A DNA stretch of 63,981 nt, the filler included, from Octopus bimaculoides (lineage: Eukaryota), in assembly GCF_001194135.2 (NCBI RefSeq). It is 6 parts of 6 records of this genome, joined end to end, with 100 filler letters (N's around TTAATTAATTAA, not from the genome) between each part and the next. Parts side by side here need not be neighbours in the genome. Positions count along the whole stretch, not along the records: positions 38,880 to 56,310 come from NC_068984.1; 5 more parts are not named here. One strand, written 5' to 3'. The notes beneath the pieces are model-generated. The model worked only from the letters and a program-made list of their open reading frames with translations, did not search any database and had not been told where the DNA came from. Within the stretch, counting starts at the first letter, position 1; the number at the start of each line of letters is the position of its first letter. Positions 39,701 through 52,566 of the stretch are shown one piece after another. Position numbers and translations under genes: made by a program.

Positions 39701-41129
39701 ATAACATAGTTCAGCAATCAAACAAGGATTCTGTACAGATCCAAAAAGCACATCCCAGAGACCACTCACATCACTCAGCTGCCGAGAATGCATTGTCTAT
39801 TGCTTATGTTTACATGATCATGCTGCGAGGTTGTGTATGTTTTATACAAATTTACATTCTTGTGCCCAGCAACATGAGATCAGAGAACAGGAAAATATGA
39901 AGATGGCTGATCCTAACAAACAATGCAGACTAGCATATTCTCTACAGGAAATAGTACAGATGATCCAGAAATTATGTGACAGGGGAAGCTTCACAATGTT
40001 GCTTTGTTTTAGAAATTTGTGAAATTTGCTCTTGGCAGATTTGTTCAAAACTGATCTACTGCAAGTAATATACAAAATATACTACAAGAATTCTGGCAAA
40101 TTGTAACCTTTTGTACATACAAGGGGATGGGGATGCCTCTAGAAGATCACTTGATATGCTAGAAATATCAGCTATATAACCCTCACAAATCACACATTAC
40201 TATCTAAGAAAAGACAGAACACATTGAATACTGTCATCATCATCATCATCATCATCATCATTATCATTTAACCTCTGTATTTCAAGTTGGCATGGGTTGG
40301 AGGGTTTGACAGGAGCTGGCCAGCAAGGGGGTTGCCCAGGCACCAATTTGACATGGTTTCAATGGCTGGATACCCTTCTTAATGCCAGTCACTTTACAGA
40401 GTGAATTGAGTACTTTTAATGTGCTGCTGGCACAAGTGCTTGTAATGTGGCACCAGCATGGTTGGTTTTCCATGTGGCACCAGCACCTGTGAGCCTGCAA
40501 GACAAAGACGTCTTGGCTGAAATTGAAGAGGGCATGACCTAAAGGACATGTTGATATGGATGGACGGCCTGATTTTGTTTAGCTTGACATGTCTTCTCAA
40601 GCACAGCAAATCATCAGGAATCTCAGCCCTTTGTCATCTCTAGAGTGGACCTCAATGTCTCACCACTTCATCCTAAGTCTTCCTCGGTCTATCCCTTCCA
40701 CAAGGGTAAAACAGGGCAGAAGTGTCACAGTTGGAAAAGGAGTCATAGGCTTCTTTAAGGTTATCCCAAGCCTAAAATAACAACAAACTTACACAGCATG
40801 CTGTTCTACAGGAAACATTTTTCATTCTGCTATGCGGAGAGTTCCATTACTTACAATGTTCACCTCTTAGTTGTTGCCATATTTTGTCCAATTTTAAGCA
40901 ATAGCCTAGCAGTAACAACACAAAGATGCCCAACCCTACATTATACTCTGACACAACACAACATTACAGTCACTATATGGTCCCACTGCAGTAGCACTAT
41001 AGTCAATGTATGGCACAGTAAAATAACACTACAGAACAACCAGGAAGCCATGCATTCATTTCTATACAGTCAGTCAACCCATTAGAAAAAAGCAGTCAAA
41101 TCTTCTTTAGATCATACACTGTGCCTTAA

Positions 41130-42020
41130 GAAAGGAAGTAATTTTTGTGAACAGTAGACTGTATGATGCATGTGTGTGAATAGCCATGCTACATGGCAGT
41201 GAAACATGGGCCGCGACTGCTGAGGACATGCGTAAGCTTGCAAGGAATGAAGCTAGTATGCTCCATTGGATGTGTAGTGTTAGTGTGCATACATGACAGA
41301 TTGTAAGTGCCCTGAAAGAAAAGTTGAACATAAGAAGCATCAGATGTGGTGTGCAAGAGAGACGACTGCGCTGGTATGGTCATGTGTTACGTATGGATGA
41401 AGACAGCTGTGCAAAAAGGTGTCACACCCTAGTACTTGAGGGAACCCATGGAAGAGGTAGACCCAGGAAGACCTGGGATAAGGTGGTGAAGTACAACCTC
41501 CAAATATTGGACCTCACAGAGGCAATGACAAATGACCGAGACCTTTGGAGATATGCTGTGCTTGAGAAGACCCGGTATGTCAAGTTAGACTGTAACCATA
41601 GTGCAGCATAACCGGCCCATCTAAAAGTACCCTTCAATCATTGGGCAATAAACTGTGCTTGCGAAGACCTGTTGAGGCAAGTGAAGTCATTGTCATGGCT
41701 GATGACAGTACCGCCTGATTGGCCCATAAAAAGCACCATTGGAGCATGATCGTTGTCAGTGCTGCCTGACTGGTCCTGTGCTGGTGACATTTAAAAACCA
41801 CTATTCAAGCATGGTCAATGCCAGTACCGCCTGACTGGCCCTCGTGCTTGTGGCATGTAAAAAGCAATCACTACACTCTTGGAGTTGTTGGCGTTAGGAA
41901 GGGCTTCCAGCTGTAGAAACTTTGCCAGATCAGATTAAGTCTGGTATAGCCTACTGGTTTGCCGGTCCTCAGCCAAACTGTCCAACCCATGCCAGCAATG
42001 GAAAGTGGACATTAAATGAT
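41130..42020 (+). mobile_element. RTE-clade LINE 3' end (ORF2 C-terminus and 3' UTR), decayed
   Basis: MLHGSETWA, RRLRWYGHVLRMDE and GRGRPRKTW motifs. The 3' UTR matches the short repeat found elsewhere in the window (ccaacccatgccagc..ggaaagtggac). Confidence 0.9.
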
Positions 42021-42100
42021 GATAGATAGATAGATACACACACACACACATATATATATCAGTGGCGTGCAGTGACTTTTGAGGTTGGTCATGCAATGAA

Positions 42101-42680
42101 TATGAGAGTTGATTGTAAAGTTTTTAGGCTGACCAAAATTCTCTCATGGAATGTGAGCAAATGACGTTTATATTTCAACACAAATCCCTGCTTGCAGTCA
42201 ACACATTTCTTCCATTGGTGCTGCAGCGCTTGGATTCCATTAGTGAAGATGCTTTCATCCTGTTGGTGAAAAAAGTTAACAGCAGATATGACGATATCAT
42301 CATTGCAACACTGGTACCCAGCTATGTGCTTTCCATGTGGGTGACTAGATGATAGTCAGATGGGGCCAAATCAGGAGAATAGGGACAGTGATGAACTAAT
42401 TCAAAGCTACAGCCATTGAAACCAAGGACATGTGTGCTGTAGCATTGTCTTACAGAAAGAAGATCTCCTTTGTCAGTTTTCCTGGGCATTTGGTAACTGC
42501 CTCAGCATGTTGGCATAGTACACTCCATCGATGATGTGGCCCTTCTGAAGGTAGTCAATAAACACAATGCCTTTTGCATACCCAGTCACTGAAGCCATCT
42601 CCTTCCCTGCAAGATTTCTAGCATCACTCCTTCACAGCCAGTCTATGAAATTTTCAACCAACCTTCGTACTTATTGGTTG
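42101..42680 (-). mobile_element. Mariner transposase C-terminal remnant
   Basis: Minus strand reads ..YSPDLAPSDYHL.. followed by a degenerate C-terminus. A TA-flanked TIR-like end lies near 42101. Confidence 0.75.
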
Positions 42681-42869
42681 AGCTGATTAATTTTAAAAAA
42701 TCGTTTAATTAAGAGAACCAAATTGGTTTTGTAACATGGCCATAGTGGTTGCTGTTTAAATGCATTTTTTTCCTATTCCCTCTTCCTTTTTATATTTTTT
42801 GGATGCTTTTGTATTCACTCTGATGAAGCTCCAAGTTCTAGTCTGAATATCCTATGAAGATGAAGAATA

Positions 42870-44990
42870 TTATTTTCGCAATTCTTTTGTAGGCACTGAC
42901 TGACATCGGAAGCATAAGCGGCTGAAGGTTCTCAGGATCCAGCCAGCTAGCCATCTGCACTTTGAAACCATCTTGGAAAGAGGTATCATCACTCATGTCG
43001 ATACCCAGGTCCTGCACTGATTTAGGTTTTGGAACTGTAATATCCTGTGGGCCAGTGTATCCTGTGAGTCCTACATTCAGTTTTGGGTGCTGGTAGCACA
43101 ACGCTTGGAACTTTCTAGCATTTAACTGCATATTATTGTCCTCAGCCCATCTGTAAATTGAGTCCAACTCCTGCTGCAGATGTGCAACGTTGCTAGGGTT
43201 TTGTATTTTCGGTGAGATTTTCATATCAACTGTGTAGCAAACAAGTGTGGCTATCCGGGCAGCTGAGGGCATATCTGAGAGGGCCACTATGAAAAGCAGT
43301 GGTCCCAAGATAGTACCTCGTGGACCACCTCTCACAATTTGTTTTTTTCTTTGAGGTGGCTCCATTAGCCACTATTGCCTCAATTCTATCTTTCAGAAAG
43401 TCATGTAATCACTTTCCAAGTTTTCCAGCTATGCAGAGATCATGCAGTTTGTAGCATATCATACCATGATCAACTTTATCAAAAGCTTTTGCAATGTCAA
43501 GGTATATTACGTCCACATTTGAGTTGCTTCAACATCCAGTCATAGTGTTGTGGGAGCTGGGTCAAGTAGCTCCTACCTGGTTGAAAACCATGCTGGGTAT
43601 CACTCAGTCAAGGAAAGCAATTAGTTTCCCTCTGACTATTCATTCCATGACTCTGCTGATGTGTGAGGTCAGAGAGATAGGCCTGTAATTTTTGGCATCT
43701 GCTCTGCTTCCTCCTTCATGGATTGGGAATATTATTTCCTCTTTCAGTTTGCTTGGCAGCTTGACATTTGCAAGAAAGCTCTGGAAGAGAATCTGTAGTG
43801 GTTTCGGCAGGGTACATTTGCGCGATTTGAGGAGGATTACTGGAAAACCATCAAGGCCAGCAGTTGAGCCTGCGTCCACCTCATCTATGGCTAGTATTAT
43901 ATCTTCTTCCTCAATGTCGATGTAATCCACCACAACTGCCTTGCTGGTTATAAGTGAGGTTGGCAAAGAAATCCACCAGTTTGTTCACTTGTTTGTGATC
44001 CAACAGGGTGAGAAAGACACTTTTGAACTGGTCATTCAGTACCTCACTGATCTTGGTTGGTTTATCTGTGAGGGAGCCATCCTTCTGGAAGAGAGGCCCT
44101 CTTTTGCAGAGTACTGAGGCTGTTTCTTTGGCATAATGAAAGAAGGATTTGGGGTTTGATTTAATGTTTTCTATAACCCAGGCTTCTTTGTTTGCTCTTA
44201 CCCTCACATAGGATTGTTGCAGCCTTTTTTCAATCTCCATCAGTGTTGTTTTTCGGTGGCACCTTTCACTAGTTTTGGGATGTTGGTTGAAGCGATTTGC
44301 AACTTTCATCCATCATCTCATGAGGATCTTCCTCTCCTTTGGAATCTTGTTCCTTTTTGTGTTGGTCTTGTGCTCTGGGACATATTCCTGGCATATGGTT
44401 TGCATAGCAGACATGAAATCTTCTAGTTTTCATGCCTATGTCTGGTGTAGAGAGACATTTCAGCCAGTCCTGTCTGAGGATCTCTTTTTGGATTGATTTC
44501 CAGTTTGCTTTGTGGAAGTTCAGATTGGAGAGATTTTGGGTGTTTCCCTTAGGCTGTATGTCTCTGGTTACTTTAATAGAGCTGTCCATATATAGACAGC
44601 TCTATTATGTTGTGATCAGAAACCAATGTTGGTGTCACTTTCATATTATGAATGATCTCCATATTGTTTGTGAAGCAAATATGCTATTTGCCTTGGTTGG
44701 TCTGAGCACAACTTGCTCCATGAATAGGGCATTGGTGAGGCTGAGCAGGGACTCCGCCTGTACTTGTTTACAATGAGTCATTCCTGAGAGCATGAGGCCT
44801 TTGGGCCATTTGATACTGGGGAAGTTGAAATCACCCATAAGAAACACACTCACGTGACGTTCCAGTTTCATGAGGGTTTCTTTTATTCTTGTGAGGCACT
44901 CTTTAAACTTGCCCATTTGGTTTCAAGCATGGGGTGGGTGGGTGATGTGTATTGCATATGACTATATCGTGTTGTTTTATGTATACAATT
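42870..44990 (-). mobile_element. CR1-like LINE ORF2 (APE endonuclease + RT), fragmented by stops and frameshifts
   Basis: FLMGDFNFPSIKW (APE), NPKSFFHY, AGLDGFP, NYRPISLTSHISRVME, DKVDH-like and GTILGPLLF motifs. Confidence 0.93.
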
Positions 44991-45289
44991 AGAATGTCAC
45001 ATACTGAATTTGAGTATGACAGTAGTATAACTGGGTGAAAATGATCAAACTTTAGACCTCTAAATCTTTTTAAAAACATTTTTCTGGAAAAAGTTGAATA
45101 ACTCCAGCAATTTAGCTTGGAAAAGTACATTAATGTGTCAAATTAAAAAATTTTTGATAAACTTTAATTTTTGAAATGCTGGCAGCCAAACGAACTAGAC
45201 TTGTCATCTGACTCTGCTCTATTGACTTCTTCTTCTCTTTGGGAATACCATACTGCCTTTCTGACGCCATCTGTAGAAATTCGTTTTCA

Positions 45290-47052
45290 AATTTTCACTT
45301 TACTGATGCTCAAGTCAAGAAAATTGGTCGACAGTACAGTAGTTATTATTTATTGTTTGGATTTATTCCCTCTTCAGAACTGTCAATTACCAATGTGGCT
45401 TCCTTGCCATCAAACATTGACCAATGAAGCAATGAAACCTTCACGCTTGAAGTATCACTTTTGAAGCAAAGCATTCTGACAAGAAGGACAAGCCATTGTC
45501 ATACTTTTTGCAGCTGAGCTCCTCTTTCAAAAAGCAAACACAAACATTCCACATGCAACTCCAGGAAACTAGTAAACAGGAGAATGATGGATTGGTTGCA
45601 TTGTACAACATTGCATTGCTTGTTGCTAAGTCTGGGAAGTTTCACACAATTGGAGAAACATTACTTCGCCTAGTTATCGATGAGGTTTTGTCAACCGTTA
45701 TGCACGAAAAACCCGATAACATTATGAAGATCCCACTTGGTAATAACATGATTTCTCGATGCATCAATTAAATGGCCAACAATGTCAATTAGCTCATTAA
45801 TATCCTCCAGTGTTCTGAATTTTCTATACAAGTGGATGAGTCAACTGTTGTGGACAATCAATGTTTGATGATGTTCGGTATTTCAGCGAAGACCTTCAAC
45901 TTTGTGAGGAAATGCTGTTCACAGAGAAATTGCCGCTTGATTCAAAAGGTGCAACTATTTTTCACACTCTCAAGTCTTTCCATTTTGAACATAATATCCC
46001 ACTCAGTAATATTCTTGCCTGTGCGTCTGATGGAGCCCCTTTGATGATAGGAAGATACAGAGGTTTTTCATCACTCCTAAAGTGTGAAATTCCTCACCAG
46101 ATACCAACTGTTCATTGCTTAGTGCACCGGCAGTATTTAGTGGCAAAAAATATGAACGGTAGATTGAATGATGTGCTACAGTTAGTTATGAAGACTGTGA
46201 ACAAATTGAAGTCCAGTCCCTTGTCTGATCAAATTTTCCATCAACTCTGTCTGAGAAATGATGAGGACCATACTAAACTCTTACACCCGAAGTGCGGTGG
46301 CTGTCAAAAGGAAACTGTGTTTTACACTTTGTTGAACTGTTTCATACAATCATATCTTTCTTTGAAGCTACTCCACTCTCCACTTCATTGATGGCTGCAA
46401 GGTGTGATATCTGTTTTTCTTTGTGATATATTCACAAAATTAAATGATTTGAATAAATTATTGCAAGGAAACAGAAAAACTCTCGTTGATAGTAAATTCT
46501 ACCTTCATTTCGAAATTGGTGCTGTATAAGACTAACATTTCAAAACATCAATTCCATCAATTTCCACAACTTGATTCTTTGAAAGATGAATTGGTTGATG
46601 AGGATTTAACTCCATATTGCAACTAATTACAATCATTGCACGATAACATGGTGGAGCGATTTCAAGATGTTACTGCACTGAATATTCCAAATTGGTATAG
46701 CAACCCATTTGAGGTTGATGCAGTAGATTGCGAGGACTACGTTCAGGAGGAATTGATGGCATTACAAAATGACAATGACGCCACAATGCGATATCGCCGT
46801 AATGGCAAAGAAGGTTTGTGGTACCATCAGAGGATATTGAATTCCTACCCAAATCTGTGGAAACATCTGAAATTACTTTTGCTTGCCTTCCCTACCGCAT
46901 ACCTGGTTGAATCTGGTTTTAGCTATGTTGAAACTTTACTTTCCCATAAAAAAATTGGACTGGATGTGACACAATGAGGAGATTTGCAGCTAAGTCTGAA
47001 ACCGAATGTATCTGCACTAGCTGCATTGCACCAGACACATGGTTCTCATTAA
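45290..47052 (+). mobile_element. hAT (Buster/Charlie; ZBED5/8-like) transposase pseudogene
   Basis: RQYSSYYLLFGF, NEAMKPSRLK, DEST, SDGAPLMIGR, HCLVHRQYL, RWLSKG-like and FPTAYLVESGFS motifs, with multiple stops and frameshifts. Confidence 0.92.
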
Positions 47053-47799
47053 AAAGTTGTATTCTTTACCTTTAGAATACAATCATTAATTATTTTTGCA
47101 TCGGTAGTTCTGATCAATGGTTCATTTGGGGAAAATAAAAATCAGTGTAAAAGAAAGTGCAAGTTTACCAAAGTTAATCTGTTTACATAATATAGAGATA
47201 ACGATAGAATTTTATTCACACTAATCGCAAAATTAAACCCACAATAAAGGATTTGTAAACAACTGCATACTTAGTCGAAACAGAACTAATAATATTTTGG
47301 TGGGGTAAGATTGGCAGTTACCCATGCATGTAAATTTGTCTTCACTATACTACTGATATTTATTCATGTGAAAGGCCATCAATTGAGCCGATACAGTTTG
47401 GCGCCACTATCGTCATTGCAAACGTTATTATCAAGATACGAAGTGCAGAAGATTATACCTCAAAGAGTGTCATCTAACACTCAAAAAAAAGTCTCAAAAA
47501 ATCACCCCAGGTCTTATATGTGAAGTCAGCTCTCATCTGAGCAATTACAAGCTTTAAAAAAGTGTCAAGCTGGCAGAATCATTAGCACACTGGACAAAAT
47601 GTTTAGCATCATTTCTGCCAATTTTACATTCCAAGTTCAAATGCTGCAGAGGTTAACTTTGCCTTTCATCATTTCAGAGTGGATAAACTATTTACCTGTC
47701 AAGTGCTGGGGTCAACATAATCAACCACTTCCAAAAATTTCAGGCTTTAATGCACAAAAAACTTATTTTTACCTGAAAATGCACTGCTGAAATTAAGGT

Positions 47800-48185
47800 G
47801 TGTTAATTACGAGCAATGCGAGCAATGGTAAAAGAAATGTGTGGTGTGAAGATGTTTGATATGAGGAGGACTGAGGACTTGATGGGTTGGAGGAATCACT
47901 CCATTCATTGGCAAAGGGCAGATGGAGTGCAATGGTATGGGCATGTGTTGAGGAGGAATAAGGAGCATGTTCTGAGGAGGGGGATAGAGTTTGAGGTAAA
48001 TGGACAGCAAAAGCAAGGTAAACTGAGGAAAATGTGGAGGGGACAGATGGAAGAGGAGATTGGGAGGGTTGGCTTGAGAAGGGAGGATGCCCAAAACTGG
48101 GCAAGATGGTGAGATGCTATGACATTGAGGTAGATCCAGCCACCCCCATTAATGAGGACAAAACCCGGATTTAAAATACAGGATG
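47800..48185 (+). mobile_element. Second RTE-clade LINE 3' fragment
   Basis: MCGVK..D.R, WYGHVLRR...VLRR..EFEVNG..KQGK.RKMW motifs, followed by a (GAT)-type tail. Confidence 0.85.
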
Positions 48186-49756
48186 ATGATAATGAAATTA
48201 AGGTGCCTCTAATATGCCAGTGTACCTTTTATGCCATCAGAAATAGTAATTTTTTTTTTTTATCAAACCTGAAAAGGTGGAAATTAAAGCTGATCTCTGA
48301 GATTCAAAGTCAGGGCATAACAAAATACCACGAGGTAATCTAATCTAAGGCTCTAACAATGCTGTTTCTTCACCACTTTAATGCAGAACCACACTTGAAT
48401 AACAAATGTTTTCCGTGATAGAAATGAAACCAAGCAGGTGAGGGTGGAGCAGTCAATTGTTTTGGGGAGGAGTTTTGGATTAGGTTTCCTATATGACACG
48501 GGGAAAGGAAGGGATTATGGAAAAAGAGAAGTGCAAAAATGGGGGGGGGGGAATTCAGAATCCTAATTAGCAAAGAGGAACCTACTATCTTTTGCTTATT
48601 TCAATCGCTGGACACAGTGGCCATGATGAGACATGGCCTTCAAGGATTTAGTCGAACACTTCCACACTAGTACTCACTTTTTAAGTCTGGTACTTCTATT
48701 GGTCTATTTTGCCAAAACGTTAAGTTACGTGAATGTAAACAAACCAACACACACATACACATATATACGACGGGCTTCTACACAACTTTCGTCTATCATA
48801 TTCACTCACAAAGACTTTAGAAGACATAGAAGACACTTGGTCAAGATACGGTGCAGTGGGACGAACCTGAAATCATGTGGTTGCAAAGAGAGCTTTCATA
48901 ACCACACGACCATTCCTGCTAAAAAGGTTTCTTTGATGAAGGAAGAAACTTTTTCTTCTACATGATGTATGGGGCAGCTTAATCCCTAAACCTGCCAAGT
49001 TCTTGACAGGTATATGTTTTACAAATAACCCTTCAAGGATGAAAGACAAGTTCGACCTCGACGTAATTTGAACTCAGAAGCCAGAGAGACGTCAGGCATT
49101 TGGGGTTGAATTCAACCAACTTACTCGCTTCACTTCCCTAACAACAATAATAATTCGTGGAGACATGGTCAGTTGATCATACTGACCCCAATACATTGGC
49201 TGGTACTTTATTGATTCTGGAAGGTTGAAAGACCAAGTTGGCCTCGGCGAGATTTGAACTCAGAACGTAAGGGTTGTAACTAAACGCCGACTTTGCTATT
49301 CCGTTGCCCCCTCACAACATTCAATAAGCCTACACAACTTTGCGAAAGAGCAAAGCATGTGGTGCTTATGTCACTGAACACTCGGCCATTCACCTTCCAT
49401 TCCTATTGGTTTCAAATTTTGGAATACAGCCAGCCATTTCGAGGGAGGGGGAAAATCGATCACATCGGTGCCTGTGCTCAACTGGCCCCTATTTTATCGA
49501 TATCCAGTATCGAAGGACAAAGTCGACCTCGGCGGAATTTGAACTCAGAACATAAAGACAGGCGAAATGCTTCCAAGCATTTTGCCCGGCCACAGTAACG
49601 ATTCTGCCAGTTCACAACTTACCTTCCATTCATATTAACACCAAATGGATCCCAATATACTAGAAATAGCAGTCAAATCTCCCTCGTTTGACACATTACC
49701 ATCTTTAGCAAAGAGAAATCATAAATTAGATAATGTAGGCTTAGGGTACACAATGC

Positions 49757-49850
49757 CTGAAAAGAAAATACCAGACGACAGACTATATCTGAAAAGAAAA
49801 TACCAGACGACACAGTTTGTCTGAAAAGAAAATAGGGGACGACACAGCTG
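49757..49850. repeat. 32-bp tandem repeat, about 2.5-3 copies
   Basis: ctgaaaagaaaata starts at 49757, 49789 and 49821. Confidence 0.85.
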
Positions 49851-49942
49851 GTTATAAGTTCGACAGAGTCGGGGGCTGATCTGGACCTAAACAACAACAA
49901 CAACAACACTAACTATAATGATATTTATCAATTTTCACTTAC

Positions 49943-50243
49943 CTGATACTTGGCTGCAAATTCGGATGAGGCCCGAATATTGTGAGAACAAGTAAGCTGG
50001 GGTGTTGCTCCTATTGTTTTTGTCCGGTTTGAAGTCAACCCGATAAATCTTGGCGCTTTCGTTCGGGTTAACGAGGACCACGTTGAAGATGTCGCTGCGA
50101 CTGTTGTTGAAGGTATTCAAGGCCTGTTCATCGTAGCTATAGTATTCCCAGAAATTGCTACCCAGCGGTATCATCATGAAAAGAGAGGCGACGCCACCCA
50201 ACACAACCGAAGTGACGGAGACTAAAAACAGAGGGTTGGCCAT
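49943..50243 (-). CDS. First coding exon (100 aa, phase 1) of a claudin/PMP22/EMP-superfamily tetraspan membrane protein
   Basis: ATG at 50243 after a GC-rich leader. The peptide has a hydrophobic TM1 (LFLVSVTSVVLGGVASLFMMIPLG), a conserved W, then a long loop ending in YSGLIRIC (GLWxxC-like), with N-glycosylation sequons NNS, NES and NRS. Strong donor G|gtaagt at 49942. Downstream exons were not found. Confidence 0.75.
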
Positions 50244-50560
50244 GGCTGGACGTAGCCGTAGCCATTACACTGCTGGACGAAATGGAGGACGACGACGACG
50301 ACGAATCATGAACGATGGAGAAACGATGGAATGGAAGTGTTATCAACTGATGCTGCAGCTGCTGCTTTGGCAATTATTTGCGTTTTTGTTTTGCGAAAAC
50401 AGGTGCGCGAATGTATTCAATGTGTTTGGTGGTTTGATTGGGTCGAGCAGGCATTCGCTCCGTCTAACAACCTCTGTCGATGAAGTTTGGTGAAATTTTT
50501 ACAGGTTTTTCGATGTTTCAGTTGCCGTGGATGCAGACAAACAATGATTCGAAAAGAGAA
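50244..50560 (-). promoter_or_regulatory. GC/CpG-enriched 5' UTR and proximal promoter region of the claudin-like gene
   Basis: Locally higher GC and CpG, with (TCG)n and (CAG)n tracts immediately upstream of the ATG. The TSS cannot be placed. Confidence 0.35.
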
Positions 50561-50879
50561 ACAACAAAAGAAAGAGAAAGTGTCCGTGTGTGTCTGTGTG
50601 TTAATGGACATAAATACGTGTGTGTATATGTAGAAACATGTATAAGGACGTAACCTATGTGCTTCTTATTTATAGAGAATAACGATAGATTGGATTGAAT
50701 GCAAGGTGTGTGTGTGTGTGTGTGGCAATAAACAGGTGAGTGTTTCTAGCAATATGTATAAATATGTAAAAAAAAAAGATAATAATAAAGGCTGAGGATA
50801 TGTGTATCGATAAATATATCTATTGCGTGAGTATGTACAAATGTGTATATAAAGTATTTGGTATGTTTAAGTGTGTGTG

Positions 50880-51723
50880 TGAGAAAAGAGGAAACAGGTT
50901 TGTTGCGCGAAGCTTGGATGGATGAACAAAACAAACGTAAACGAATTGAAAGTGATTGAGTGATGGCGACGTCGAGGATGAGGTAAGGAGGAAGTAAAGA
51001 CCGAGAGAGAGAGAGAGAGAAAGGGGAGAGGGAGAGAAGTAGGAAGTAACAGAAGAGGACAAGAAGAAGACTATAGACAGGTGAAAGTGCATGAGAAAAG
51101 AGAGAGAGATTGTAAAAGGTCGGACGAGAGTAAAAAAGAGAAATGTATAGATAGGGGGAAGAGAATGAGAAGAAAGAGAGAGAGTGAAAAAAATAGATAG
51201 AAGGAGAAGAGTATATGAAGAGGGAGAAATTAGGGAAGGTCATAAGTAGAAAGAGAAGTACAGATAGGTGAAAGTGTATGAGAGGAGAGAGAGATTGGAA
51301 GGAAAATGTAAATATAAAGAAACGAAGAGGTAGAAATTATGCGAAGAAAAGTAAAAGAGTGTGTAGAGGGAGTGAAAATAAAAGAATTGATTGGTAACGG
51401 AGAGTTGGAGATGAATTGAAAAGCGAGACGTTGTTGAGGTGTGAGGGATGAGAAAAGAAGGAAACAGATAAAGCCTCGAAGAAAATAAGAAAACGACAGA
51501 GAAAGGATGAAATATAGAGTGTAAAAGGTAATGACCAGATATAAGGAAAGTAAAATAGAGAAATAATGAGAGAAGAGAGAGAGAGAGAGAGATGAGAAAT
51601 GAAATAAAAGAATAAACAGAAGACTGCAGAGAATAAAACAAATTTGAAAGGAGATAAAATGAAAGACAGAGATAGAGAGGGGGGGGTTATAATAAAAATA
51701 CAGCACACACACATATATCTATA

Positions 51724-51756
<33 letters not shown>

Positions 51757-52350
51757 GGGTTTGTTGATGCTAACAGGGAAATAGAATTCAAAATATGAGT
51801 ATATGTATTGATAAATACCAATGAACGAAACTCTCGGGCCTTGAGTCACTCTGTGAATTCTGCCAATTATTAATGGAAAAAAGGTACAAGAATATAATAG
51901 AAATGGCGGGAGTACGGAAGAAGATGGGGGGGGGGGGGTAAATGCGTATACAAAACAGGTTAAAAGAGAAGAAAGAGGGGGTAAGAGAAAGAGATTAAGG
52001 GAATGAGAGAGTGGAGAAATATGAGAGTATAGGGGTCAAAGAGATACATAAAAGTGACAAGATAGGGAGCTGGTAATCGAATATATCGAGTTTACGAAAA
52101 GGGAGGAGAATAAGTGAGTAAAACAAAAGAGATAGAAGTGAAAGACCGAGTGAGGGGTCAGTGGATGAGTAGGTGAGAGAGTGAGTGATTGAGTGAATGG
52201 GTGAGTCAGTCGTTGAGTGAGAGAGCAAGCTGAGTGAGTTGGTGAGAAAGTGAAGGAAGGTTGAAGTGGACTGAGAATGAGCTTGAGTGGGTGAGTTGCT
52301 AATAGAATGAACAACAGAGGACAAGATAGAAGGGAATGAGAAGAGCATAT
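50880..52350. repeat. About 1.5-kb purine-skewed low-complexity tract, ending in a degenerate (GAGT)n
   Basis: Strong G+A skew on the + strand; internal duplication near 51070 and 51260. Confidence 0.85.
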
Positions 52351-52522
52351 TTATTTTGGCAAACTCGAGGGCTACCCTGGGTGACACATACTGAACTTAG
52401 GACTGCAACACAATGGAGTACCACAGAGGTTTCTCAAAGTTAGATTTACTATGGAGCAGCCGAGTCAGGACCCACACAAAGTGTTAAGTAATTGCATTTT
52501 CTCTCATCATGTCGCTGTTGTA

Positions 52523-52566
<44 letters not shown>

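Noticed and set aside
45290-47052. Domesticated ZBED5/ZBED8-like gene
   Set aside because: Multiple in-frame stops and frameshifts indicate a decayed transposon copy.
49757-49850. CRISPR-like regularly spaced repeat
   Set aside because: Eukaryotic locus, the units are contiguous near-copies without unique spacers, and there are no cas genes.
16723-50243. TRAP1 nested in an intron of the claudin-like gene (same strand, downstream of its first exon)
   Set aside because: The two lie on different segments separated by the 38780-38879 spacer, so adjacency and orientation are not established.
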